The translations under genes were made by a program, and so were the position numbers. A model generated the notes under the pieces. It did no database searches and was not told the origin of the DNA. It saw only the letters and a list, made by a program, of their open reading frames with translations. Of a DNA stretch of 64,000 bases, positions 34,906-47,176 are shown piece by piece (position 1 is the stretch's first letter; every line of letters starts with the position of its first letter). Source of the DNA: Felis catus (Eukaryota); contig NC_058382.1 of NCBI RefSeq assembly GCF_018350175.1, positions 53,198,001 to 53,262,000 on the forward strand, read 5' to 3'.

Positions 34906-36702
34906 TCTACCCCAGGCGGTTCTCAGAGAAGAACTACCCAGAGGCTCTTTACAGGTCTTCGTGGCTCTGAGCATTGGCTCATACAGTTTTGAGCAAGCTG
35001 TGGATTCCCGATAAGCACAGAAGAGGACATAAATGCCTAAATGAGGACCCCAGTTTTCCATAAGGTCTGGGAGAGTGACAAGGGCATCTTAGTGCTTTAG
35101 CACCACACCAACAGCCCATTTTCCGGGGACATAGCTCCTGCTCCCCCAACCCCACCCCAGAGTGCTCAATGGTATAGTCTGCCATTGACCTCTGGACGTG
35201 CACAGTGCTTCAAGCCCTGGTCTAGCCTAGACCAAGAACACACAGGGATTCATACACACTCTCCTCTGGACAGCAACTGAACCCTTTTTGTCTCTTCGCC
35301 CAGTACGCTCACATGCACTGATAAAGGCACGTATGCTTTCCTTGGCTCCCATTTATTCAGGAAGAGTCCCGGGGTGCCAAATCCAAGAGCGGGGGGCACT
35401 AAGGACATCCAACAGGACAACTGCCGTTCTGGAATGTCACTCCTCTCTCCTCACCCCCCGCCCCAGTCAGGGTAAATGGTGGAGAGACGGAGCCACCACA
35501 AGCCTCCCCTAACAGGAAGGACAAATTCCTACCCTCTCATTGGATCTCACACTAGTGTAGAGACCAGATGGATGGTTCCCTTGGCAAAGAGTCGGGGGGA
35601 CTGTAAAAAAGAACTCTCAGCCTATGCCAGACAATGGCCAACAAAAGGAGAGAGAACAGGCATCCACAGCCTTGCACACCCTGGACAGTTCAGGGCACAC
35701 AGACCTCAGCCACTCCCCTGAGCTCGGGCTTGGGGAAAGGGCACGGGGTGAGGTGTCTTTATGACATTATTGATCAATTCTCTACCTGCCGTTAAAAACC
35801 ATGCCCAGACAGACAATAAAAGTAAGTACTTAACCGTATCGCGGCTCTGGCGGCTAAAATGGATTTTACACTTAAAGATACAGCTGATCCGGGTGAGGCT
35901 TTTAATGGCATTTTTGAGTTTTAAATGAAAAAAATCAAATCTTTGGAAAAAAAATTAAATGAGAAATCACCAACGTTGTTCTTCATGGGGTCCTTCTCAT
36001 GACATCTGCAGACCCAGGGGACCGGGGGTTACGGTTTCTAAAGCATCAGGCAGGGAGGCATCAGCTAGGAAGTGTACTTGAGAAAGGTGGGCATTCCTGC
36101 GTCTGTAAGGAGAGGGAGAATGAGCAAGAAAAAGGGAACAGGGGAACGAAGTGGAAGAGAGTATCTCCCTGAAGGAGAGAGGCAGGAGCGAGGAGGAATT
36201 AAAAGGAGGTATGAAATGGGGCCAGAATTATTTGTCGTCTTTAAACTAGAGATCGACGGCCCCTCCCTCATCCAGATCTTTCCAGATGGTGCAGGAGAAA
36301 ATAGCCCCACTGGAAACCTTAATGCATGTTGTTATTTACTTCTTTGGGGGAAATTACCCCTGCCTGGTTTATACTATTGGTGTTTATAAAAAATGCCTAT
36401 TTCCCCTGCCAAAGGCACAGATTATGTTTGACGGGTCCGTATATTTCCCTCCCACATCCCTCATATCTCCATCCTTCATGCATATTAGTTGGTAAGAGAT
36501 GGTTGAGAGAGTTGCTGGTTGGTGGGACAGACAAATGAGAAAAGGTTATTGCTAAACCCACAGCCAAGGAGAAGGGACTGGGGCTTCTCGGGTGCTTTCT
36601 GACAGGTGCCATTGTGTTTCCATTCGATCCCCACAAAAACTCAACGAAGCTGAGATGGGGTGCGAGGAGAATGAGACTCTGATGTTAAAATACCCCAGCC
36701 CA

Positions 36703-36915
36703 GGGGCGCCTGGGTGACGCAGTCGGTTAAGCGTCCGACTTCAGCCAGGTCACGATCTCGCAGTCCGTGAGTTCGAGCCCCGCGTCGGGCTCTGGGCTGA
36801 TGGCTCAGAGCCTGGAGCCTGTTTCCGATTCTGTGTCTCCCCCTCTCTCTGCCCCTCCCCCATTCACGCTCTGTCTCTCTCTGTCCCAAAAATAAATAAA
36901 CGTTGAAAAAAAAAA
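36703..36915 (+). mobile_element. Young feline Can-SINE without evident TSD
   Basis: Near-identical to the copies at 11075 and 18090; short tail; flanks do not match each other. Confidence 0.96.
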
Positions 36916-37531
36916 GGGTACCCTTCACCTCAGAGCATGTGGCCATATGGGGGGAGGTCTGAAAGCCAACGGGCATGACCGACCATGGTCAATTACGTGC
37001 CCTGGCAATTAGAAACGTGTGGACCACCCAACGAGGATCAGAGCCCCAAGCCATGCTTTCTAGACACTGCGCTGGTAACGGGGCCGATGACGGCAGCACG
37101 CGCAGATGGCTTCCCCGAGCACCCCGACCAAAGCATTTCTAGAAGTCTCTTCCACGGCCATGGGCAGCTCAGCTGGGTCCCTTCTCTTCGCCTTCGTGGA
37201 ATCTCATCAAGAACTGAGACTTTCAGTTACAAGAACAGGAAAGAAGTTAACAGGGATGGATTGCCTGCACTCTGGTGGCTGTGATATGACTTAGTGCAAA
37301 TATTAGCTTTTTTAAAATTAAAAGTTACCTGTAAGTGGGTCTGACTAGGGGTAACTTTCTAAGGGATGAAGATATTCTCAGCTGTCATAAGGGTGTGCCT
37401 TATGTGGGGTGCGTCCACTCATCAAAGCTGCACAGCTGAGATGTGTGCCTTTCAGTGTATGTGAGTTTTACCTAAAATACTATAAAAATAAATAATAAGG
37501 AAGGGTGGTGGGGATTATTAGAAGCATGACA

Positions 37532-37739
37532 GGGGCGCCTGGGTGGCTCAGTCGGTGAAACGTCCAACTTCGGCTCAGGTCATGATCTCACGGCTCTTGA
37601 GTTCAAGCCCCACGTCAGGCTCTGTGCTGACAGCTCAGAGCCTGGAGCCTGCTTTGGATTCTCTGTCTCCCTCTCTCTCTGCCCCTCCCCCACTGGCACT
37701 CTCTCAAAAATAAACATATTTAAAAAAATTTTTTAAAAA
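37532..37739 (+). mobile_element. Can-SINE (older copy)
   Basis: Head, CT tract, tail; diverged TSD aagcatgaca/aagtacggca. Confidence 0.95.
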
Positions 37740-37794
37740 GTACGGCAGAGTGTTAAGCGTTATTAAAGCTACACGGTAACACACGGGTCATACT

Positions 37795-38332
37795 TGAAGA
37801 CAGAATTCTAAGATGACCCCCAGTGACCCACACCTTTGTAGAATCCCCTCCCCTTGAGTGGGGGGAGTGGGCCTAGGAATGTGACAAGATGTCATTCCTA
37901 TGATTATGTTAAACTCTTTGGCAAAGGGATTTTACAGATGTAATTAAAGTCCCTAACCAGTTTGACTTTGAGTTCATTAAGAGAGAGATTATAGTAGGTG
38001 GGCCAGACCTAACCAGGTGAACTCTCAGAAGAGCATTTAGGCCTTCCCTGAAGCCAGAGACTCAAAGCAGGAGGATCTGGACAAAACAAGCCTCCGTGAG
38101 TTCTACAGCTGGAAAAGAAAGAAATTCTGCCGACAACCCCCTGAGCTTAGAAAAGCATCTCCAACTTCTGAGGAGAGCCCTTCGACTGTAGTTCTATGAG
38201 ACCCTCCACAGGGGACCCAGGCAAGTCATGCCCAGACTCCTGACCCACGGAAACTCTTGGTTAATAAATGGGAGTTGTGTTGAGTTGCTACATTTGTGGA
38301 CATCTGTTACATAGCTCTAGGAAACCGACACA
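37795..38332 (+). mobile_element. MaLR solo LTR (MLT1E-like)
   Basis: cagaattctaagatgacccc...ggcaaagggattttacagatgtaattaa...aataaatggg...tttgtgg...tgttacatagc. Confidence 0.85.
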
Positions 38333-41300
38333 CCACTCCATTTACTTTGCGCGTGTTTGAGATTTTCCCTAATAAAAAGACACCGAACAAAGGGCGCGGG
38401 GGCACTGGAGACAGTACAGAATCGCGCTGAAGGGCAGGGACATAGATTTGAATCCCAGTCGCACTCCTCTCTTACTCGGTGCTCCTGGATAATGTACTCG
38501 TTCTCTCTGGCCCTCAGTGTCTTCGTCTTCAAAGTCAGAAGGCCAAGGGGATCCTCTCCCAGGATAGTCGTGAGGCTAAGACTGGAGGATGTGGAGAGTC
38601 AAGGTGTTCGGTGAGAGAACGCGTGCCACGGTGGTAAGGCTGACAAGATGACAGTGAGTGAGGGGATGTGGAGTCACAAGGCAGAGGGCTCCTGTCACTG
38701 ATTTCCTATCTCACCTTAGGCAACGAAGCCTGTCATCCCCGTGGCTCGGCATCTCCATCACTGAATTTTTTTTTCATGTGATTTCCTGTAAGCGCTCGCG
38801 TGCCCCAGCTTGAAGAGACCCGCCATAAGGGATTCGTGTTACTGAGATTCATGTCCATAGCCACCTTGAAGGCCTTTTCTGGGCTTCTGGCTGCAAAAGG
38901 TCAAGCGCAACCCACACCTGTCATAGGTGATGATCCCCACCTCAAGGACATCAAGCGTTTCTGACAAGGAGAAGTCCCCAGAGCGTTTCAGGGCTTCGGG
39001 GAACAAGGATACCAGCAATGGTTGAAAGGACCCACGGACAGAACCACCGTAATTACTGTAATTTGAACTTGGCATTGGTCAGAGCTGTCAGCCACACTCC
39101 TCTTCTTGAAGAAAAGGTGCCAAAGAATCATTTTAATGACCACGAGGGCTCTGTGGTATGTTGCAGCTCAAAGGTGTCACTTTAAGAGCCCTAGGACCCA
39201 GGAGCAGGGGCGCAGGGAGAGACTGAGATCAAAGTCTGGCTCCCCTCCCCGCAGACAAGATTTGCCGGACACAGACCTCCGGGTGGATGTTCCGTCACCG
39301 AGCAGGTCAGGACCGGCCTGATCAGGTTTGCACAGCACCGAAGAGCCCAGCTTCCGGTAGCCCAGCTCTCTTGGTAGAAAACGTCATTTGCCCCATATTC
39401 CCTTCCAGCCTAAGCAAACTACCCTGAAAACCTTGCGTTGCACCAAGGAGGGAACCAAACATTCACCACGTTCCTAACGTGTGCCAAGCGTGGCCAACCA
39501 CCTTATGTGCATTTGCTTCCTTCACAGTATGACTGGATTTATCGTCTTAGTCTCCCCGGACTGTCCCTTCACCTGGAAGTACTGATTTACGCCTCGTTTG
39601 TTGTGGGAGTTTTTAACCACCTGCCCGGCCTTCAGTGGAGAGAAGCGACTTATTCGGAAAAGAAGCACGCACACAGAAGTAGACATCATTAACCCTCTTT
39701 GGTAGATAAGGACACTAAGGCTTAGAGCACAGCTTGCCAGGGCCTCAGAGTTACCGTGTGGCAAAGTTAAACCTCAAACTTTGTCCCTTAAGACTCCCGA
39801 GCCCTCGTCCCCACTCCCCTGCACGCCAGCTTGCAAGAAAGAGCCAGGAACCGTCACAGGTAACCCTCAGCGGGGACGGACTGTGGGTGCTTCTGCATCA
39901 CCTGTGCTTTACAAGCCCACGAAGAAGATTTTCATTTCTCTGTTGTACAGATCAAAGAAAGAGCCCGAGCCTCGGGGGGCTTACGAACCTGCCCAAGGTC
40001 ACACGGCCGAGAGTGGCGGGGCCAGAACTTGAGACTGGGCTGTTTGTTTCCAGGCTCTGCACCGTGGACAGCTGTGGGGTCCCAGCAGAGAAGCAGAAAA
40101 CACACATCATCAGCCACAGGGACGAACAGTGTGGTAAGGTCCTCGGCATGGCAATGGTGGGGTGTCTTCATGGGCAGAATCTTGGGGCGTACGATCTCGC
40201 CTTAACTGTGTCCCATCACTGTGTCCTGTCCCAGCATACCCGTGTGCCCTATCTGCGTATCATCTGCATGTATCATCCTGTGTATATTTCTAAGCGTGTC
40301 TGCACTTCATCCCAGGGCCCCATTCCAGGATGCGCCATCCCAGTGACTCCTGCTCGCGCGTCTCTGTACCACCCCCATGTGCCAATGTCACTCCCCTGTG
40401 TCCCCTCTGATGCACCGTCCCCGTGCACCTGCGTTCCATCCCAGGATATACCAGTGCACAGAGGGTTCTGTCCCACCCTTGCAACACACCTGTATTCTGT
40501 CCCAACACGCCAGTCTTCCATCCCCATAAGGGCTCCATAAAATCAAGAACCATAACCGTCTTTGCTGGATATGTTGCAGGAACGAGTGAATGGTTCCTTT
40601 CCAGTGTCTGAACAGGCATCAGTTCTAAGACCTGCCTTGGCACGACAATTCCTTTCCGTGGCTCCGCACTTGAATGGAATTTGCTGGGAAGGTGCCATCA
40701 TTACAGGCTTTAATAGCTGCACTTGCAAGGGATCAACTCCCTGCTGACAGAGGGAATCCTCGGTCTCTCTCCCTAGAGCCGAGCCAGCTCGTCTGAATCT
40801 GAGAGAGAAGCAAGCCGGTTGTGCAGACCACAGCACCGGGTGTTTGGAAACGCCTTCTACCCTGTACCCCAGGCAGGATTTGGTATTTCCTTCACAGGAA
40901 AAGAAAGAAGGAGAAAGGCTACTCCATGCTAATGTCGGTGCTGGTACTTCATATCAAGGATTGAATTCTTTCGTCTGTTGGCATTGTCGACTCAATTGGA
41001 GACATGAGAAAATCGATGGTCGGAGAAATTATCCCCAGGCTCAGACAACAGAGATGGGGCCGGGATCTGAACCACTTTTTCACGGTCCTACACTACTTTC
41101 CACAGGTTTGGGATGGGCAAAGGGATGAGGAGGCCAGCTGCTGGTGAGAAAGGACACTGGCATCTCTAAAATCGGAGGACACCACAGAAGCTGGCACTAA
41201 GCCTCCCCTTTGGGTCAAGCTCTAGGGCATAATATTAATAGAATCCGTAGCCTGTCCCCAAATACACCTTGACTGCATCGCTTGGTCTGAGACGCTACCT

Positions 41301-41919
41301 CTCAGAACCTTGATCTCAGATACAGTAAACTTGTGACTATTCACACACCGGAGCCAGTACGTTGAAGACCCATGCCACGCGGAAGGGACTGCTCAAATTC
41401 CCCAATTAGTAACATGTTGTCGGTTTCAATTCTTTTCCAGGTAAAACTGGGCAGGCGGAATTCTCAGCTGAGGTGAAAGACATTTTTCTTCCCACTCTTT
41501 TACAAAATATATTTTTAATTGGTTCGGATTAAAAAAAAAAAAAGCCAACTCCAAGGGCAAACTGGTATGACCCAGAATGGGACAAGCAGAGGAGGAAGGA
41601 GAAAGGAAAGAGGAGAAGGTTCCTCCTTCAGGCCATGGGTCAAGAGTGTGGACACTATTACACAGGAGAAAAAGTACCCAAAGCCAGGTGATGTGCTCTG
41701 TTTTGTACCTGGTACTCAGAAGTCCCATCAGGTTTCTCCTTGGGAAGAGTGTATGAGGATCAGGGTGGGGTGAGGGCTTGGAGCTCTATATGGGATGGAA
41801 TCTCGGGGGCCATGGTCAGAGCTGGAATCGGACAGGACTGGCTTGGAGGTATGACGTCAGTGTATCATGAACCAAAGCGTGTGTTTCACCCAAGAGTGGA
41901 CCTAGAAGGCAGGTTTAGC

Positions 41920-42260
41920 AGAGGCTATTGGGTGTTCACCAAACCCTGGTTTCCCTCTCTTCCTGGGAAAACAGACTACATTTCCCAGCATGCTTTGCCC
42001 CTTAAAAGAGGGTCATGCGACTCAGTTTCGGCCAATAGCATGTGAGTAAGGTAAATGATGTCATTTCCAGTCTGGTTCCTTAAGTTTCCAACTTGATCCT
42101 TTTTAGAGTTGTGGGGCAAACCAGGTAAGAGCTTCCAAGTCAAGCATACAAAAGAGAGCACACTTTCAGGGAGCCTGGGCATGGCTACACAGACAGGGAG
42201 AACCTGGCTCTTGTCCACTGTGTACGGTCCCAATAACCACCATGAAGACTGCCGCATCTC
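41920..42260 (+). mobile_element. MaLR LTR fragment (MLT1I/J-like)
   Basis: ctcttcctgggaaaacagactacatttcccagc...ggtcatgcgactcagtttcggccaat. Confidence 0.65.
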
Positions 42261-42304
42261 ACACACACACCTCCGGGTCTTTCTACCTCTTCCTGTCCCT
42301 GACC

Positions 42305-42425
42305 ATCCCATGCATGCATGCAGACAGGTGTCCATCCACCCATCCATCCATCCATCCATCCATCCACCCCCCTCATTCATCCACCGACCCACCCACCCAT
42401 CCATCCCTCCACTCATCCATCCATT
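42305..42425. repeat. (CCAT)n degenerate microsatellite
   Basis: Direct reading. Confidence 0.9.
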
Positions 42426-43209
42426 TGTTCACCAACATGAGTATCTTCTGCATCCCAGATCCAACGTCAGCCCCAACATGGTGATGTCAACATGGTTGGT
42501 GTCAGATCCAACATGGTGAACGCCAGAATGGCTGCACCTTGAGAAACACCCACCTGGACAGGAGGAGGAACAGTCACAGGAAGGTGCTATCACTGGAACA
42601 GGGGGTGACCTGCTAAGACTTTGGGAAAACTGCTCGGGCACAAGACTGAAGGTCAGTGTGTTGGCGGGCAAGACTGAAGACACAGGATGGGCAATGAAAG
42701 CAGAAAGTGCTGGGTCATGGGATCAGGTCCGTGCAGGGCCAGGAAAAGAAAGGGAGATGTGGGAAGTGTTTCTAAGTGCAGAGGGCCGGACCCAAGGACA
42801 AGCTTCTTATTAAAGAGACTTGACTCACTTCAGTTCTGAGCTGGACCCGTCCTGGTTGCCTGCAGCCCCTCCTCCCGATGCGGGGAGACCACAGTCATAT
42901 GACAGTTTCATTTCCCTCAGAACATTCTTGGCACTTTCCTTCTTCTCTTTTTCCCCTCTCTCTGGGGGCTCGTATCCTTCTGCAGGGGAAGCGTGTCATG
43001 CCAAAGCTCTGGCCCCTCTCCGGCATCCGGGAGGAGCCTCACAGCTGCCTTCTGCCACCAACCTGAGATCTCGACGAGGCAGGAGAGACTGGAAAATCAG
43101 CGAGCTGTTCTCTTACAAAATCTGATCTCGCTGCTGGAGGCCAAGCGATGCTATCAATTGATTAAAACCCAGCCTGCCAGCTTCCTGCTCGAAAAGGGAG
43201 CACAGCCTT

Positions 43210-43915
43210 GACCGGCAAGTGTCAGCCCACCACCTAGGTCACCACCAGCGCCTCCCCACCTGGCATCGGACTTCCCGTGCTCACTTCCACACTGCAGTGA
43301 AGCTCCGAGCACGCTCTCAGGGCGCCCCTCCCTTCCCCAGGATACCAGCGCCCCGCGGGGCAAAGCCGCCTGTCCCCACAGACTGGGGGAGGCACACAGG
43401 GCCGGCCAGGTCCCGCGGGGGCGCGCGTGATTCCTTCTTCCTTCCTCCCATCCAGAAACGTGCAACGGGACGTCTGTGGGCAAAGGCTGCGGGAGGCAAA
43501 AGGGATATGATGGGGCAGAGGGGGAGGGGAGGAGGGCAAGCGGCGGGAAGGGACAAATCCGCGGTCTGTGCCCTCCCCGAGGGCGCACGCTGCCCGTTCA
43601 ATCCAGGTGAAGCACGGAGGGGGAGAAACGCGTAGGATCGTGAGGGCAGGAACCGGCCAGGAGTGACCCGGCCGGGGGGCTTCGCTGCAGAAGCGACAAC
43701 CCCGCACGAAAATAAGCGTGTTCTCCGTTCCAGCAGAGGCGACAGGAGATGCACAGCGCCTGCTACAAGAGGGAGTCTCCACGCGCAGGAAGGCCTCGGG
43801 GCCCCCCCGAGGCAGGGTCGGCTCCCCATCCTGGCGGTGCTGTGTCGTCTGCAAGCACTGACATGCTGGGCTTTGCTGGCCGTGCCCGCGACTGGCCTCG
43901 CGGAACAGTGGCCAT
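43210..43915. promoter_or_regulatory. Orphan CpG-island-like segment
   Basis: About 55 CpG in about 720 bp by hand count, very GC-rich, no repeat recognised; function not shown. Confidence 0.5.
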
Positions 43916-45376
43916 CCTGACCAACTGGACAGGGATGGGTGAGGATGCTCCCTGGATGGGGAGGGGCTGCTGCTGAAAAGGCTCAGGGCAGCAAAGGCAG
44001 GTGCCAGGCCCTGCCTCGGGCCCTTCCCACCACTGGGAAGTCACCTGGCAGTCCTCGTGAAGCCTGTTGTTAACGCCCTCGCTCCACCCTGGGGACGGTG
44101 AGGCCACGAGATGGTTAAGTGGCCTGCCCACTGTCCCCTAACAAGCAAGCAACAGGACCAGGGCCAAACTCCAGGTCCCCCGAAGCCAAACGACTCCCTT
44201 CTTCATGAGGCGACTGACGATGAGGTTTGGGGGGCGCGGGACATGCTCCTAATTCCTCGGAGACTGTGACTCCGGGAACCCCTCTCCCCTCTGACGCTGG
44301 AGCCAGAGGGCTCAAGTCCTCACTGACTGGGACGGGAGCCCAGGTCCTCAGTGAGCGAGAGAGGAGCAGAGCAGGAGATCTGCGGATGACCTCAGACGTG
44401 ACTCAGCCCTTCTGGCCACAGACACGTCCGCTGGGCGTTCCCCGGGCGGAGCCCTCACCGAGGGTCAACCAGGTTCACACTTCGGTGGCTCTTGGTCCCT
44501 GCTCTGGTGGGGGGTGAAGGGGCCCGACCCTCCGTGCAGCAAGCATACAGGAGAAGCCTCCCCCTTGAAAGCCCCCCCGGAGCACATTCCCAGCAGCAAC
44601 CAGGGCCAGGTGGCTGCCATGAAGGTGGTGATGGCCCTTCCTGGTCCCCTGGCCACTCCAGGTTGGGGCTGAGTTGTGACAGAAGAGACAACTGGCCCCT
44701 TTGTGGCTACACTGCACAGGATGTATACTGGGCGGAATATACCGGGTGGAATATACCGGGCGGCTGGTAGCTGGGACGGGTAACTAGCTAGGGGCGTGTG
44801 TGTGTGTCTCTTGTGTGTGTGAATGCATTTCTATTAAAAGCTACTTGGCCAGACAAAGGTTTAGACCAACAGAGGCAACATGTGTAGCTGAACAAAATTT
44901 AGAATCAAGCAGACCTGGATTTGAACCTTGGATCGGCCCCTTGAAGGCTCCCCTAACTCTGGGACAGCCACTCGACTTTCCTGAGCTTCGATTTATTACC
45001 AACAAAAATGGATATGATGCTTCTTGGCCTTAAGAGCTTTTTTGGAAATTAAACCCAGTAAGACACGCAAGAATGTAGTGCGAGACCTGGCATAGAGTAA
45101 ACGCTCACTTAAAGCCACTTTCTTCCAGGAAGAGTGATCTTGTGTGCAAGGTCAATTAACCCCATCTCTGCCACTGACTAGCTGTGTGCTCCTGGGCAAG
45201 TGTCTTCACCTCTCTGTGTCTCAGTTTACTCGCATGTAAACAGAAATAATAAGGATACGTACTTCCTAGGATTGAGGAGTAGAAAAGTTAACACTTTTAC
45301 GGTGCTGAGGACAGCGATCGGTACGGAATTAACACTGCCTTTTCCATTTATACCAACATGTACAATTATTTTACCT

Positions 45377-45407
<31 letters not shown>

Positions 45408-47145
45408 AAGAGAGATGGCCAGAATCTCTCGACACGCTGTGTACTCCTTGAGAACCCGGGCTAAGATCTGTCTTCTGAAAATCCCTCTCAGAAGGCAGCC
45501 CATGATAAGACTGCTAAAAATGCATGGTGATTAGGTGTCCAATTTGGTCCGGGAGCACAAGCCGATGCTCCGAGACAACAGAAATGTATCACAACCAGGC
45601 TCGTTTCGAATCTCTTGCGAAAATTTTAGATCCGGTGATTCCAAAGCATCCTCTCGTGACACTTGCGGTGTGTGTTGTTAGAGTAGCACAGTCTGTCAGG
45701 TGCCTCCCTCCAAAGGACTTACAGCAACTCAAAGCAGCCCATAGAGTTCGCGTCCGGCCGCACAAAAGTAGGCTGGAAGCGATCCGCGGCCGACCAGCGG
45801 CTGGCACAGAGGAGGTGAATGAATTAGCAAATTAGCAGAAATGACTTCGGCCGAAAAACGAATAAAATGTCCACTCGACGCTGGGGCAGACTCTGAACTG
45901 CTAGAAGTCGGCGGGATTCCCACAGACAGGAAATCTGGACCACTGTGGAGAATGGGCAGGAATTTTGGAAACATGTATTGATTGCTCCCACACGCATCAG
46001 AGAGAAAGGAAAAGGTCAGAAGAGATAATAAACCCTGACTATAGAGTGTCTCGCATGACTGTCCAATAACTATCGCTTCTCTGCTCACCCGTGACCTTCC
46101 CTTGCCAGATCAGGGACCTCTGGTTCCGTTTGGGGCTCATCTCTCGTGATTTTTAGAGGCAGTGGTGCAGTTATGGGAAAGAGGAGGGCTTCTGGTCCCT
46201 CTGTGATTCAAAATACTTAACCACAGAGTAAGAAAAATGAGGTTTACGTAAAGTAAATAAACTTTTCCAAAATGGATATTTTCATTCATATGTTGAAAGA
46301 GGTTTGAAGGTGGTACCACATTCACTTTGATAATTTAAGTAATTTTTTTAAAGACACAGGACAATATGAGGAAATGCAGACAGAAGCCATATGTTTATCA
46401 GAACTGAAACCCAAACATACAATTCTTCCACCCAGGGACTGATTTCCTTTACTTTCAGTACCTAGGTTAGAAAAAACATGAGCTCCGTGAGATAGAAAAA
46501 AGATTCTCTATCCTAAAAGGGTTCAGGAGGCAAAGATATTTCGTTAATGCCGAGTCAACCAAATGAAATAGCGATCATTACAGCAGGACTTATCAGTACC
46601 TTTAATATCCAATTGCTGACAAGCTTTATAAATCTCCAAAAAGGAGACAGAACATGAAATACTTCTCAAATTCTCTGGCCCCCAGCTATTATCATCATTT
46701 AGAAACATTGTGAAATATCCTAAAACAAATAAGTCCTAATTGCTACTCACTCTGGGTGAGCTAGAGCAGCCTGGGTGAGAAAAAAAAGTTTTATCCCAAA
46801 TCAATGCTTATACTGGCTTCGGAACATTTGCCTAAGTCTTTGACAGGCCCCTCCACCCCCTACCAAGTGCATTTCCAGTAGACCAGTGAGTATATTTTAA
46901 GCAGTCCATCCTAAATAGGCTGCTCAGATTTGGTGCAGATTAATTCTTTGGGTGAGGGCGGGGAGGAGAGGAGAGAGAAATTAAAAGGGCTTCACGTTCC
47001 TCTCCTTTCTACAAAGCGCATCTCTTAAAATCTTCCTAAAACATTGTTTCATCTGCTTTCCGGAAGACTTTTTAACCAGGGACCGTGTGAGGGCACAACA
47101 CCCAGCTGTCAATGCTAAGTACGTGTCTAATGATGAGCCAGCAAC

Positions 47146-47176
<31 letters not shown>

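Noticed and set aside
39734..40540. 268-aa ORF
   Set aside because: Runs through MIR fragments and a C/T-rich low-complexity stretch (about 40200-40530) poor in stop codons; no recognisable homology
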